Part shown: positions 10,451 through 23,455 of the stretch, piece after piece
Numbering within the stretch: position 1 is the first letter of the stretch
Layout: each line of letters opens with the position of its first letter
NCBI GenBank assembly: GCA_026770705.1
Contig: JANJGN010000926.1
Location: 186,001 to 234,696 of the forward strand
Length of the DNA stretch: 48,696 bases
Reading direction: 5' to 3'
From: Isurus oxyrinchus
Taxonomy: Eukaryota
Program-made: the position numbers and the translations under genes
Notes under the pieces: model-generated
Told to the model about the DNA's origin: nothing
Databases searched by the model: none
The model's input: only the letters and a program-made list of their open reading frames with translations

Positions 10451-13400
10451 CCATGATCTCTCCCCCAGTCAGTAACCATTCCAGATCCCTCTTGAAGGCG
10501 ACAGAGAAACAGGAACTACCACACCCACTGACAGCACATTCTCAAGGATCCCTACTCTTTGGGAAAAGATGAACTCCCCAACATCCAGCCTATTCCTGCT
10601 TCCCAGAGAGTGTAAACCCTTCAGGGAGGCGCTGAGGAAGTTTTCAATAAAATGAATTATCAAATCTATCATTTGAGAAATAATTTAATTCTGATGAACT
10701 CACAGCTTGTGTAGCAAACTGGGAAGTGGAGTTGCTTGAAAAGCTGGGAAACACAAGGATTAAGTGCTACAATGCCACCACTGGTGGGAGACTGTAACTA
10801 CAGTGTGACGTTTACATAGGCAGTCATCATTATAAACAGGGGCATTGGACATACTGGGAAATATGTGCACTGGAAAGGTGAGTAAATGATGTAAGATTTT
10901 CACCAGCAGGAATTCTCTAACTAAACCTCTCCACCTCTCTCTTACTCTCAGATACACAAACAAAATCACACCGAATCAGATAAGGAGGAGTTGGGGCCGG
11001 TGATTGTTCGAAGGGTTAGCTTTCAGGAAGCTTCTTAAAGGGAGAGAGAGAGTTGGAGAGGCAGAGAGTATCTGTGAGTGTCTCTATGCATCTGAGTGTC
11101 TGTAATAGACTTTTTAATTTCCATATTCTTCCATAAATATGATTGGGAACACAAATCCCAGAATCCAGGCCAACTCTCCAGTGCAGTACTCAGGTAAGCC
11201 ACAGGGGAGTGTGTGCTAGTGTGTTTGTTCGTGAGTGTGTCTTTGTAATTGCTCATACATGTGTGTCTGCACGTGTCTATTTAGTTCTGTATATTTGTGT
11301 GTGTTTGTGCAATGTTTGAATCTGAGAGAGATGTTGATGTCTGTGTACACTCACGTTCCACAGTGATGGTTATGAACCCCTCCACTGCTCCATGTTCATT
11401 CTCTGCCACACACTGATAGTCTCCAGTGTCCCGATATGTAATGGGAGGAATCACCAACCACAGCTCATTGTTGGAACTTGTTCTGTTCATTTGGACATTA
11501 AGATGTCAGGGCAGGAATCAAGAAGCCCGTTCGCAGGATTACCAACAGAAAGTGAACCACAATTTATACTTAATGGGAAGAGAGTGCTGATTGGTTGGCA
11601 AGTGGTCTCTGATAGGTGGACGTGTTGCCATGGAGAATGGTGTGTGCGAGATGTAAACTTTAGACAGCTTGTCTCTTTATTCAGCAATAATCAAATAAAG
11701 ATCAATTAACTTCAATCGACTGTGAAGCACTTTGAGAGGTCTGAGAATGTGGACACTGAGAACGGGCTGCACTGTCAGAGGGTCAGCGCTGAGGGAGTGC
11801 TGATGTAGAATGAAAGGTGTATGTACTTACCTTGCACAGTTAGTACGAGGGTCCGCTCCGATGAAACAGATGGATATCTCACTCTGCAGCTGAGTGTGTG
11901 TCCGTGGTGTTTGAGTGATGGGATCAGGGTCAGAACAGAAGTATAGGTCAGAGTGACACCATGCTGAGTTACAGTGTTTGAGACTGATCCAGGTACGTCA
12001 GTGGGAGTTTCCCAGGTTAAGACAGGCGCTGCTGTTCCATTGCACGTTGTGTTGATGGTGCAGCTTACATCCACATGCTTTCCTGCAATAATTTCAGCAG
12101 GGAATATCGTGGGTGTATCTGTGAAATCTAACAGACAGAGAATGGATCCTTTTAGAGAAATATAACGTGAAGCATCAGTTCAAATAGAAACCACAGTCCC
12201 ACAAGAGAAAGCACTTTTACAAGGATGATATCAGAACTGAGAGGTTACAATGATCAGGAGAGATTTTCTTGCTCTTTGGCAGTAGTGTTTCTGTCTCTCA
12301 GCTTAATACACGTTCACTCCGAGACATGTGAATTGAGAACACTGGATGAGAGAAGAGGCTCAGACCAGAGATTGGAGTTCAAAGCAGAATACTGCGGATG
12401 CTGGAAATCTGAAACAAAAACAAAAATTGCTGGAAAGACTCAGCAGGTCTGACAGTATCAGTGGAGAGGAAGCCAGGGTTAACGTTTCGAGTCCGTATGA
12501 CTCTTCATCAGACCAGAGGTTTGAGTTCACTGGCTTCTCATTTCCTCAGTGATCTGGGTGATTTATTACCTTGTGGTTTGTTGGATCTTGCTGTGCACAA
12601 ACTGACTGCTGTGTTTTACATCTGTGACTACAATTCAGGAATAATTTCAATGGCTGTGAAGGGATTTGGATCCTCCTGAGGTGGTAAATTGCGCTGCAGA
12701 AATGCACATCTTTCTTTTATCGATACGTCAGACTTTTAAACAGGACAGGAGAGATTGATGAGAGTGGATAACCTGATAATACAGTTAATGCTTTTCATCA
12801 TTGATATTAAAGTGAGTATTAGACGTTGCTTTAGGACTGAACTGGAAGCTATCACCAGGTTATTGAGAATCAGATAGCAAGTTATAATAAGCTGTGTTTT
12901 GTGTTAATATGTAAACGTCACAGATTGTGTTATCTCCCATTGAGTGTTGAATGTGAATTGTTGAGTAATCATAACACAGCACTTACCAGAAACGTGAAGC
13001 TGGGTTACAGGATAATAGTTGTATCTATTCCTGCTGTCAAATTCTATTCTGAAAAAATAAGGTCCTGCATCTTCCCGTCTGATGTTGTTTATAATCAGGG
13101 AACAGTCGCCATCTTTCAGGTCTCCAGACAGCCTGGTCCGATGGTGGAATCTTTGATCCCTGTGACTGTGACCCTCGGAATGAAAGGCTATAGACCATTT
13201 CGGCTGTGGGTTCCCATCTATTCCTTTCAACCAGATTCCGACACGTGATCTCCCTACGAAATTTGATAAGTAACTGTAATGACATGGAATCTGTACACAC
13301 GAACCTTCCTGCGCTGTCACCTCTCGTGAAGTGTCGCCTTTTCAATCTTGTGACAGTCCAACTGGGGAGAGAAATATCAATATTTAACTCTGGATGGTTT

Positions 13401-14554
13401 GTAGATCCACTAGACTTGATATCCACCCTCTCCATCACTGGGGCACAGTGGCTGCAGTGTGGACCATCTACAGGACACACAAGGAACTCCCCAAGGTTTC
13501 ACAATGGATGGAAGAGAATCCTGGACACAGGAGTGGACAAGTTCATTCTACATTGGCTCATGGTCCTCAGGACCCTGTTTAGTGAAGCCAGTCTTCCACC
13601 CAACACAGAGTCTACAAGATACACAGGGAAACTGTGTAAACATCTCATCTCTCTACACTGACTGGTTTGAGCTTCGGTTTAACTTTCAGTATTTTTAAAT
13701 TTCCATATTGTGGTTGCTATGGTGAAACTGTGCAGGAAGAGTGAGGGCTGGACCCTCTGTCTATTCTCACTGCAGCTGTGATGTGGTCGTGGTGATTCTC
13801 AGTAAAATGAAACCCTCTGAGCTCCTCCATCCCCGAGGTTTAGGGAGTGAATTCCAGAGCTCAGGCCCCAGGCAGCTGAAGGCCCGGCCGCCAGTATTGG
13901 AGTGATGGGAATCGGGGGATGGTCAAGAGGCCAGAATTGCAGTAACACAGAGATCTGGGAAGTTGTTTGGGTGAGTTGCAGGAGGTTACAGAGATAAAGA
14001 GATAAGAATGATCTTTTACAAAGAATATTAACCATAAATCTGTCCGAGCTGATGATGATATTACCTTGGAGAAGTGACAGGATGAAATAAGATTTCCCGA
14101 CCATCGTCCACTCCCAGATATTCCATCCACTTCTCACTCTCAAGCTGTGAAAGAGAAAGGAGTTAATGAGACCTCACCTCTTGTCCGACAGCTCTCGAGA
14201 GATCAGAACTGCTTTTAGACAATGTCTTCACAGATTAATTTGATTCTCTGTGGGATGATAGGTGCTCTGCAGAGAGTTACAAGTCTTTAAGTAAGACAAA
14301 CAATGATTGATTTGCATTTCTATAGCACCTTTCACTATCTCAGGACATCCCAAATCTCATGTCCCTGCACTTCCCTCATCCATTGAGCTAGAAAGATGTT
14401 CTGTACAACAGACTTGAGTCTCACACCCAGAATTCAATAATCAGTAAAAATCTTTCAAAGGCATCAATCATTGGAATCTGTCTTTATAAAGTCACAACAT
14501 CAACAAAGGACGGTGTTGGTGGTGGAAGTGAATTCCAATCGTTCCGTTACTTAC

Positions 14555-14695
14555 CCAGGACCTGTCCGACTGCTCGCCTGGGGAGGAACTGCCCACACGC
14601 TCTGCTTGGGCTGAATGACCTCTTCCTGTGCTGCTCCCTATTTGTGTTTAATTAAAATGGGTGGATGTGTCACTGTGAGTCAAAATGAGGAAGTG
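14555..14695 (-). promoter_or_regulatory. Non-coding first exon and promoter of copy B (AP-1 TGAGTCA adjacent to PU.1/ETS motif)
   Basis: Donor at 14555; TGAGTCA at 14676-14682 followed by AAAATGAGGAAGTG at 14682-14695. Confidence 0.6.
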
Positions 14696-14799
14696 CTTGG
14701 TACCAAGTGAGAAAGCAACTCTTTGCCTCGCACTGTTAGAAAACTGTTAACCCTTTGCGTGCCAATAATGTGGTTGAAGGGCCATCGACTGTTCATATG

Positions 14800-16075
14800 C
14801 AACAAGCTCGAGGGTTTGAATGGGCCTCCTCCTGTTCCTGTGTAACAGGCTCGAGGGGTCTAAATGGGCCTCCTCCTGTTCCAGTGTAACATGATTGTGT
14901 GGCTGATTAAGCCTCCCCCTGTTCCTGTGTAACAGTCTTTGGCAGGGCTGAATGTGCCTCCTCCTATTCCTGTGTAACAGGCTCCAGGTGCTGAATGCCC
15001 TCCCCCTGTCCTTGTGTAACAGGCTCGAGTGTCCGAATAGGCCTCCTCCTGTTCCTGTGTAACAGGCTCAAGAGGCTGAATGGATCTCCTTGTTTTCCTG
15101 TGTTACAGGTTAGATGGTCTGAATGGGCCGCCTCCTGTTCCTGTGTAACAGGTTCAAGGGGACAGAATGGGCCTCCTCCTGTTTCTGTGTAACAGCATCA
15201 TGGGGCTGAATGGGCCTCCACCTGTTCCTATCTAACAGGCTTGAGTGGCTGAATGGGCCTCCTCCTGTTCCTGTGTAACAGGCTTGATGGGGCTAAATGG
15301 AGCCCCTAATGTTCCTGTGTAACAAGCTTGTGGAGGCTGAATGGGTCTCCTGTACCTGTGTAACAGGCTCAAGGGGACAGAATGGGCCTCCTCCTGTTCC
15401 TGTGTAACAGGCTCGAGGGAACAGAATGAGCCTCCTCCTTTTCCTGTGTAACAGGCACGAGGGACTGAATGGGTTTCCTATTCCTGTGTAAGTGGGTTGA
15501 GAGACTGAATGTCCTCTTCCTGTTCCTGGGTAACAGGCTCGAGGAGCTGAGACTCTCTCCTGTTCCTGTGGAAGGGTGTTGAGGGACTAAATGTCCTTTT
15601 CCTGTTCCTGTATAATAGGCTCAAGAGGCTGATGGGTTTTCTCCTGTCCTCATGTAACAGGCTTGAGTGGCTGAATGGTCCTCCTCCTGTTCCTGTGTAA
15701 CAGGCTTGAGGGAATGAATGGGCCTCCTCCTGTTCCTGTGTAACAAGCTCGAGGGGGCTGAATGGGCCTCCTCCTGTTCCTGTGTAACAGGCTCGAGGGA
15801 ATGAATGGGCCTCCTCCTGTTCCTGTGTAACAGGTTCGAGGGGGCTGAATGGCCTCCTGCTGTTCCTGTGTAACAGGATCAAGAGGCTGAATGGGCCTCC
15901 TCCTGTTCCTGTGTAACAAGCTCGAGGGGGCTGAATGGGCCTCCTCCTGTTCCTGTGTAACAGGCTCGAGGGGCTGAATGTGCCTCTCCTGTTCCTGTGT
16001 AACAGGCTCGAGGGGGCTGAATGGCCTCCTGCTGTTCCTGTGTAACAGGATCAAGAGGCTGAATGTCCTCCTGTC
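14800..16075. repeat. ~42-44-bp minisatellite (GTTCCTGTGTAACAGGCTCGAGGGGCTGAATGGGCCTCCTCCT)
   Basis: Roughly 30 tandem units visible; the unit contains the LINE-tail motif gggctgaatggcctcctcct. Confidence 0.92.
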
Positions 16076-16079
16076 ATTA

Positions 16080-16295
16080 AAAATAAATACTGCAGATGCT
16101 GTAAATCTGAAATAAACACAGAAAATGCTGCATTAACTCAGCAGGTCTGGCAGCAGCTGTGAAGAGAGAAACAGAGTTTTTGCTTTGAGACTCTGAAGAA
16201 GGGTCATACGGACTCGAAATGCTAATTCTGTTTATCTCTGCACAGATGCTGCCAGACCAACTCAGTTTCTCCAGCATTTTCTGTTTTTGTATCAG
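16080..16295. mobile_element. Palindromic short interspersed element (Penelope/MER6-like); partial copies at 12382-12510 and 36735-36820
   Basis: Arm acagaaaatgctg...cagcaggtctggcagca...gagagaaacagag and its reverse complement flank ctgaagaagggtc. Confidence 0.6.
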
Positions 16296-17408
16296 GTGCC
16301 CTCTTGTTCCTGTGTAGCAGGTTCGAGGGGGCTGAATGGCCTCCTCCTGTTCCTATTCAATGGGCAGTCAAAGAATGTCTGATTTTGGACCTCGAACCCA
16401 ATTCTGTCCTCAGGACATTGACAGAAGGAGAGACCAGTTACAGGTTAATGCCGGAGGATTATTTATTTTCCCAATCTTTTATCCAAGTATCTCATCAAAC
16501 ACAGAGCAGAACCAGGATCAAGGATGTTGGTCTCTGTGATCTGTAACACATCGCACAGTCCACCCATCCACTCAGCCTTCAGGATGGATGCTCATTGTAC
16601 TCTCCAAGTGTGAAAGACTAAAATGATGGTTTATTGCAGCTATATCTCATTCTGTTGTCAAAGCTGTCTCATCCATCCATGACATATTGAAGAAGGTAAA
16701 CCTGCAACCAATTTTTCACATCATAATTTCCTATGTTCATTGGCAACATCAATGTAAACATGTCACGCTGAAATGATGTCCTGCCACCAGTGGTGGCACT
16801 GTATCACATCTGTTATCCTCTGAGCTGCAGAGAATTTCTCAAATCTCCAATCAAATTGTTTCCCTGTTTCCGGGATTGCTGATGGTTTTGCTCTTTAACG
16901 ATGAAGTGTAAAATCCAAATATATATCTGAAAATACATTTGACTACAAAATGCTGAGTAAATTTTACCAATCTCTTCTGCTCCAATTATCCACCGATCCT
17001 GCATTTCCTGAAGTCTACACTGGCTAATGAATATTCTGTAAAAACTGACAGACAGGAAGGTGAATAACAGAATGAAAATTAACTCATAATCACGGACACG
17101 GGATTGAATTTGTCCGTTCTGTCCTGGTACATCATCGAACGATATCTAAAGACATTTACAATCAGATTGGAGAGAAGGATGTTTCCAACAGTGAGGGACA
17201 AATCTGAAGGAGGATGTTCGAATTGAAACCCACAGACAATCATCCTGGATAGATCATTCCGAAGAAATTCCATCAGTTTGTAACAAGAGGTTTAAATCCA
17301 TTTCCTGGGAGTGAGTTCCTGTGGATATTAGGAAGGTAAATTGGAGTTTTGAATGATTCTCCCGTTCTGTATTCTCCCCACACTGTGTGTGTCTCATTCT
17401 TGCTCAGT

Positions 17409-17525
17409 TTATAAATTCCCATAAACAGAATCCTTGGCAAAATCACAGTTTGCGTAAAGATCATCATCTGTATCAGGATTGACTCCACGGTTAGATTTCA
17501 TTTCCAGATCCTTCTCATCTTTCTT
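17409..17525 (-). CDS. Orphan terminal cytoplasmic-tail exon with tyrosine motifs (ITIM)
   Basis: catttctgtttctattacag|AAG... encodes KKDEKDLEMKSNRGVNPDTDDDLYANCDFAKDSVYGNL*; minus-strand AATAAA at 16630-16635. Confidence 0.7.
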   Translation of the reverse strand, partial: KKDEKDLEMKSNRGVNPDTDDDLYANCDFAKDSVYGNL

Positions 17526-17662
17526 CTGTAATAGAAACAGAAATGATCAGAGTGACAATCAGAGTGATCAGTGTTTAGTATTATTGATCCAAATCGAAAA
17601 TTCCACCCACAATACATACATTAATTATTGATACTGTTGGATGCTGGTCACGAGTTTGTTGG

Positions 17663-20600
17663 GACTTATGGATCCAGTCTTGTTTTGGAGAGGCTGAGTA
17701 GGTACAATAGACAGAGTAGATCAGCAGACAGTTCTTAGATGAAACACATTCTGCTTATTTACAAAGGAACTCAGCAGCTACACTTGTGTGCTTTCAACTC
17801 AAGCCCTGTCTCCGCATTACAGGCTCTAACCATAGGTGACCGACTACTGAGGTACCTGCGCCACTCGGCTGTTGGACACTGATATAAGAGTTAAACAGGG
17901 ACTTCTATTAGTGAAAACCAAAGGTCAGCAGAATTCTCCAGGTGAACCTTGTGCACCATGGGGCTGACATCAGCAGAACTCTCCAGAAAGGCCTTGAAGA
18001 TCACAAGGGATTAACTCGAGAAGAGACATAAAGAGATGCTGAGGGTAAACAGATCAGGTAAAGGCAAACAGCACCAGGCTAGAACGAGATAAACAGCTCT
18101 TGCTTGGGTAAGGAGCAGATATATACCTGGGACTGGGAACATCTGCTTATTATGTGATTATGTACTGACAAGATTTGAATTTAAATAACCCAATGTGTAC
18201 GTGACTAACTCTGTGAACAAAAAAGATGGTTTCCCTGTAATGGGTAGAGTTCTGTTTTTAGCCAGGCCTGAGGTTGATTCTGAGAACACACCACAACACT
18301 GAGCTCATGTTATCTTCCATTGTAACCTTCTTCTTAAAGGTATATCACACATCAGATTACCACCACCCTCCCCCTTTACTCAGAAACACATTTTACACTT
18401 ACTTTTACCATTTTCTCAAAGTATCAGATGATTTACACAGATCAGTAATTTACAAATTCAGTCTTTCTGGGGGGTTTCCTTATGCGTCTGGAACGTCTCA
18501 GATCCACAGCTTCAGATGCTTTGTCAGGAGTCTCCTTTTCTGATGTTGTCCCAACACCAGCTTCTTCGGTGGACACCTGCAAACCTGTTTCCTCAACTCT
18601 TGCAGGTACAACGGACCCTTCAGACACATCTGTTCTCAGCTGAGTTCTTTCAACAGGAGACATAGACACAGCCGTGAAGACTGGTGGGGTTGTTTCTTGG
18701 TACTTTGTTTCTCTCCTCCTTATATGACCCACATGTCTCCATATGACTCGGTCTTCCACTTTCACATGGTGAGAAAGAGTTCCAATCGCTGCATTTATTT
18801 CACCCGGTGACCACTTTGGCCCTTCTCTAAAATCGTTCACATATACCGTCTCTCCTACGGTCAGCTTCCTGTCATGGCTATGCCAGTCATGTCCAGTTTC
18901 CTGTCTTCCTGGACTCCTTTCCACCTTCCCGCTGACATTTAGCATGACTGATGTTGCAAATGTGACGTGAGAAAAAACTTTTTCACACAACTAAGTTTTG
19001 GGCCTGGAATGCACGGCCTGGACGTGTTGTGGAGGCAGGTTCAATCGAGGCATTCAGGAGGGCATTAGATGGTTATTTGGATAGAGAAAAGGTGCAGGGG
19101 CATGGGGAAAGGCAGGGCAATGACACTAGGTCATGATGCTCATTTGGAGAGCTGGGATAGACATGATGGGCTGAATGGCCTCCTGCTGTGCCATTAAGAC
19201 ACTGTGATCCTGCAGAGGAGACTCTGAAAGGCAAACCGGTTTATTGATACAACCCTTTGTGTGTATTAATTGTGACAAACTTCTGGGAGGCCTTCTCGAA
19301 CTCCAATTGTTGATAAGCATGGCTCATATCAGCTCCGTGTAGGCCGTTCCAGTCAATTCTTGTCATCTCCACAAACACTTTGGCCAGGCTCAGGTCCAGG
19401 GACTATTGGTGCTGCCCATTCTGAGGACAGCACAGATTGTATCACTCCCAGTTTCTAGAACCTGCCCAATTCAGCATCTGCCTTTTCCCACATTGCATAA
19501 GGTACTGGTCGTGCCTTCATAAATCAGAGGGGTAGAGTCTGGATCCACATGAATTTTTGCTTGCAGCCCCTGGATCTCCCCGAGTTCATCTTGGAAAACT
19601 GAGATGTATTTTTGTAGTAGCTCAGGTAGCCCACTGGCTCTCAGTTGGAAGATCTCAGACCAATCCAGCTTAATATCTTTCAGCCAGTTTCGTCCAAGGA
19701 GGCTTGGTCCCTCACCAGCTCCCATCATCAAGGGTCATTTTACTGATTGACTTCCATACTGTATAATAACCCTGCTTATGTCTTTGGCTTGAATGTCTTC
19801 TCCCGTGTAAGTTTTCAATTAGTCATCTGTTTCTTCCAAATTTAATTGACTTTCCCCATGATTCCAGTATTTGAAAGTATGCTCCCCAATTAGCGTAGTG
19901 TTAGCTCCTGTGTCCACCCCCATTCTGAGAGCTCTATCATTCACCCTCACTGTTACATAGATTGGCTCTGTTCTTCCTACCTTTAAATTATACAATGAAT
20001 AACTATCTGAATCTGTTACTTCAGGCTCTTCTATGTTATGGATCTCACAGGGTTTTCTCTCTTGATTGAAACTCTGCCTGATTCTATCCTTGCAATCTCT
20101 CATGGGCTCTCTGTTTCGATGACAGTAAAAACAATTGATTTTTTTAAAGTTCCATTCACTACGAGGTTGTCTGCTTCACCTCTGTTCCCATTATTCCATG
20201 TTTTCTCTGCTAAGTCATTCCTTTTTATTTGCTGCTAGTGGTGGAGGTTTCCCGTTTCTCATCAGAGCTGTACATTTTCCCGCACTTCTTGGCTGAGGCT
20301 CCTCACCCAACATGAGGACGGTGACATTTTGCACTCTCCATATGTTTTTCGAGTCCCTCACTGCTCTTTCCATAGCCAGCACTATTCCCAGCGCCTTCTG
20401 AATATCCAAATCTGTTTCAGACAGTAATCTCTTCTGAATCACATCTTCATTTATACTGCACACCAGTCGATCTCTCAGCATATCATTTATAGATTTACCA
20501 AACCCACAATGTCCTGTTAACTGTTTCAGAATTTCCACATAACATGCAGCTGCCTCCCCTGGGACTCTATTTCTTGAGTTAAATTTGGACCGTTGCATCG

Positions 20601-21005
20601 TTACCGAGGGCTGGGGCTGGGAAGGAATCTTCACAAGGTTCACAAGATCATCTAAACTTTTTGAATCCATGGCACCGGGTGGCATTAAAGTTCGCATCAA
20701 TCCCTAAGTCTTACTCCCACACGTGGATAAGAGGGTCGCTCGCCTCTTCTCCTCCCCATCAATGTCATTCACTTGGAAAAAGAATGCGAGAGGTTCACCA
20801 TAATGAGACCAATCGCCCACCGTTGGGTCGAAAGGATCAACTCTTCCAAACTGCAGCATTCTTCGAGGGGACTGCTTCGGTTATTAGGATGGAAATTATA
20901 TTTATAATCACTGTGCGAGGCACGGCCAGATTTCAATTCGCTTGCTTTCATTCCTTGCTTTTTCTTCCTTGTTTTTCACCTCATCACCAGTTTATTCAAC
21001 CCTTG
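17663..21005 (-). mobile_element. Degenerate Ty3/Gypsy retrotransposon (gag, protease, RT start, integrase C-terminus, PPT, 3' LTR)
   Basis: Gag MLRDRLVCSINEDVIQKRLL; protease VDTGA; GPSLLGRNWL; integrase tail RRSRRIRKPP; PPT AGTAAAGGGGGAGGG at ~18366-18380; large internal deletion. Confidence 0.85.
17870..18298. mobile_element. Solo LTR nested in the Gypsy 3' LTR
   Basis: 429-bp block with inverted termini TGTTG...CAACA interrupting the LTR; no clean target-site duplication seen. Confidence 0.5.
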
Positions 21006-21039
21006 TCACTATTTTAGTTGACCAATGGGTTCGGTTTAC

Positions 21040-21680
21040 ATTCCCTCGGTACTGAGCCTGCGACAGTGCAGCATTCCCTCGGTACTGACCCTCCAGCAGT
21101 GCAGCACTCCCTCAGTACTGACCCTCCGAAAGTGCAGCTCTCCCTCAGTACTGACCCTCCGACCGTGCAGCACTCCCTCAGTACTGACCCTCCGATTGTG
21201 CAGCACTCCCTCAGTACTGACCCTCCGACTGTGCAGCACTCTCTCAGTACTGACCCTCCCACAGTGCAACACTCCCTCAGTACTGACCATTTGACAGTGC
21301 AGCTCTGTCTCAGTACTGACCCTCTGACAGTGCAGCACTCCCTCAGTACTGACCCTCTGACAGTGCAGCTCTACCTCTGTACTGACCCTCTCACAGTGCA
21401 ACAGTCCCTCAGTACTGACCCTCCAACAGTGCAGTACTCCCTCAGTACTGACCCTCTGACAGTGCAGCACTCCTTCAGTACTGACGCTCCGATTGTGCAG
21501 CACTCCCTCTGTACTGACCCTCTGACAGTGCAGTTCTCTCTTAGCACTGACCCTCTGACCTTGCAGCACTCCCTCAGTACTGACCCTCTGACTATGCAGC
21601 ACTCCCTCAATACTCACCCTCCAACAGTGCAGCTCTCTCTCAGTACTGACCCTCCGATTCTGCAGGACTCTCAGTCCTGA
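21040..21680. repeat. 33-bp minisatellite array (reverse orientation relative to 7125-8108)
   Basis: About 19 units of CAGTGCAGCACTCCCTCAGTACTGACCCTCTGA. Confidence 0.92.
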
Positions 21681-21908
21681 CACTGAGTGCTGATCTGGTT
21701 TGCCAGCCTGAATTTTGCCAAATGAATCTCGAACAGGTGACCATCCACTCAGAGAGTGAGAGAGGGTTCGAAACCCAGTGACCCACAGGAGAAATTCCTG
21801 GTCAATGACTTTCCACTTTTGAGCAGAAATATCATCACAAGTCCAGAACGCAAAGGGTTAACAGCTTCAAAAAACTCAAAACATCAGCTGCTCTGTCACT
21901 TTGATCTG

Positions 21909-22048
21909 ACTTCCTCATTTTGTCTCACAGAGACACATCAACCCTTTCTAATTAAATACACAGAGGGAGCAGCACAGGAAGAGGTCATTCAGCCCAAGCA
22001 GAGCGTGTGGGCAGTTCCACCCCAGGCGAGCAGTCGGACAGGTCCTGG
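21909..22048 (+). promoter_or_regulatory. Promoter (PU.1/ETS motif) and non-coding first exon of copy C
   Basis: ACTTCCTCATTTT at 21909-21921; donor GG|gtaag at 22048; inverted near-copy of 6759-6899. Confidence 0.6.
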
Positions 22049-22492
22049 GTAAGAAACGGAACGATTGGAATTCACTTCCACCACCAACACCGTCCTTTGT
22101 TGATGTTGTGACTTTATAAAGACAGATTCCAATGATTGATGCCTTTGAAAGATTTCTACTGATTATTGAGATCTGGGTGTGAGGCTCAAGTCTGTTGTAC
22201 AGAACATCTTTCTAGCTCAAGGGATGAGGGAAGTGCAGAGACATGAGCTTTGGGACATCCTGAGGTGGTGAAAGGTGCTAAAGAAATGCAAGTTCATCGT
22301 TGTTTTTCTTCCTTAAAGCCTTGTAACTCTCTACAGAGCACCTATCATCCCACAGAGAGTCAAATTAGGTCTGTGAAGACATTGTCTAAAAGCAGTTCTG
22401 ATCTCTCGAGAGCTGTCGGACAAGAGGTGAGGTCTCATTAACTCCTTTCTCTATCACAGTTTGAGAGCGAATGAAATACCTGAGAGTGGACG

Positions 22493-22532
22493 ATGATCGG
22501 GAAATCTTACTTCCTCCTGTCTCTTCTCCAAG
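22493..22532 (+). CDS. Siglec-like copy C, signal-peptide exon
   Basis: MIGKSYFLLSLLQ + G|gtaata; acceptor at 22459; phase 1. Confidence 0.8.
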
Positions 22533-23455
22533 GTAATATCATCGTCAACTTGGACAGATTTATGGTTAATAGTGTTTGTATAAGACCATTCTTATTGAGC
22601 TCTGATAGGAAACCGATTCAGCAGTGTGCCAGTGTACAAACTCACACCAAGTCCCATTCACCCATCACCCCTGTGCTCACTGATATACACTGACTCCCTG
22701 TCTGACAGCAGAATTGGAGGAGTGCAGAGATCACAGAGGGTTGTAGGTTTGGAGGGGGTTACAGAGACAGGGAGTGTAGCGGAGTAATGGAGGGATTGGA
22801 AATCAAGTGTAAAAATAATCACATCGAGGCATTGCTGGACTGGGAGCCAGTGTAGGTCATCGAGTCACTTGTGGGGTCGGGGTGGAGGTTTGGGGAGGTG
22901 AAAGTTTGAGTAGAAAATCGGACGCAAAATTCAGGGGATGAAGTCTAACTTGATGCTGAGGGTCTGACAGCAATGGCCTGAAATTAGTGTCTTTTGCTGA
23001 TTTTAGTCAGAATTTCCCATGAAGACAACACAGCAGCTCCTAGAATAGACAGGCTGTTCAGTGTCACACTTCCTGTCCATTCTCACCTTGCTAGATACTT
23101 CAATAAGGGAGCAAGATAACTGAAAGAGAGAAGGAAGGTAAAGCTGTCCGTGTGTAAAGGGGTCAATATTCAGTTTGTATATTTGTCTTTGCTCTTGACA
23201 CATGCAGAGCTCAGGCTAGAGGCGCTTTGTTAGTGTGTTTCACAGTGTCTGCTGGAGTAGGGTCAGTGCTGAGCTTGGGGACAAGTCAGTCTACAATGCT
23301 GCATCGGAATCAACAATACAACAATATGGGGTTTCGATCAGAAATAATCCATTAGACAATGAGGATCCAAAGAGATTCCTTAGACAATGAAGTGACAATG
23401 AAGATTCAGTTGACATTGAGGATCCAGAATTAAATATAGATATTTCTCTCCCCAG

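Larger units (their letters stand above)
9544..14104 (-). pseudogene. Siglec-like gene copy B: signal exon 14065-14104, V-set 12987-13361, C2-set 11831-12127, partial third Ig exon 11355-11505, TM/tail exon 9544-9683
   Basis: Retained junctions are phase-1 GT/AG. V-set has SCVQIPC, GDCSL and YFFRIE Siglec hallmarks. TGA at 13342-13344 replaces the Trp of QEWKG. The third Ig exon lacks its 5' half and acceptor. Confidence 0.88.

Noticed and set aside
14800-16075. Regular repeats resembling a CRISPR array
   Set aside because: Units are head-to-tail with no unique spacers, no cas genes, and the context is vertebrate.
21018-21683. Long ORFs with 11-aa periodicity (TVQHSLSTDPL; ECCTVRGSVLR), also at 7.1-8.3 kb and 42.1-42.6 kb
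   Set aside because: Translations of a 33-bp SINE-derived minisatellite, open in several frames on both strands; no gene structure.
23095-23137. Apparent mini-exon (ctag|...gaag|gtaaag) between signal and V exons
   Set aside because: 43 nt with an in-frame TGA; direct signal-to-V splicing already keeps frame.
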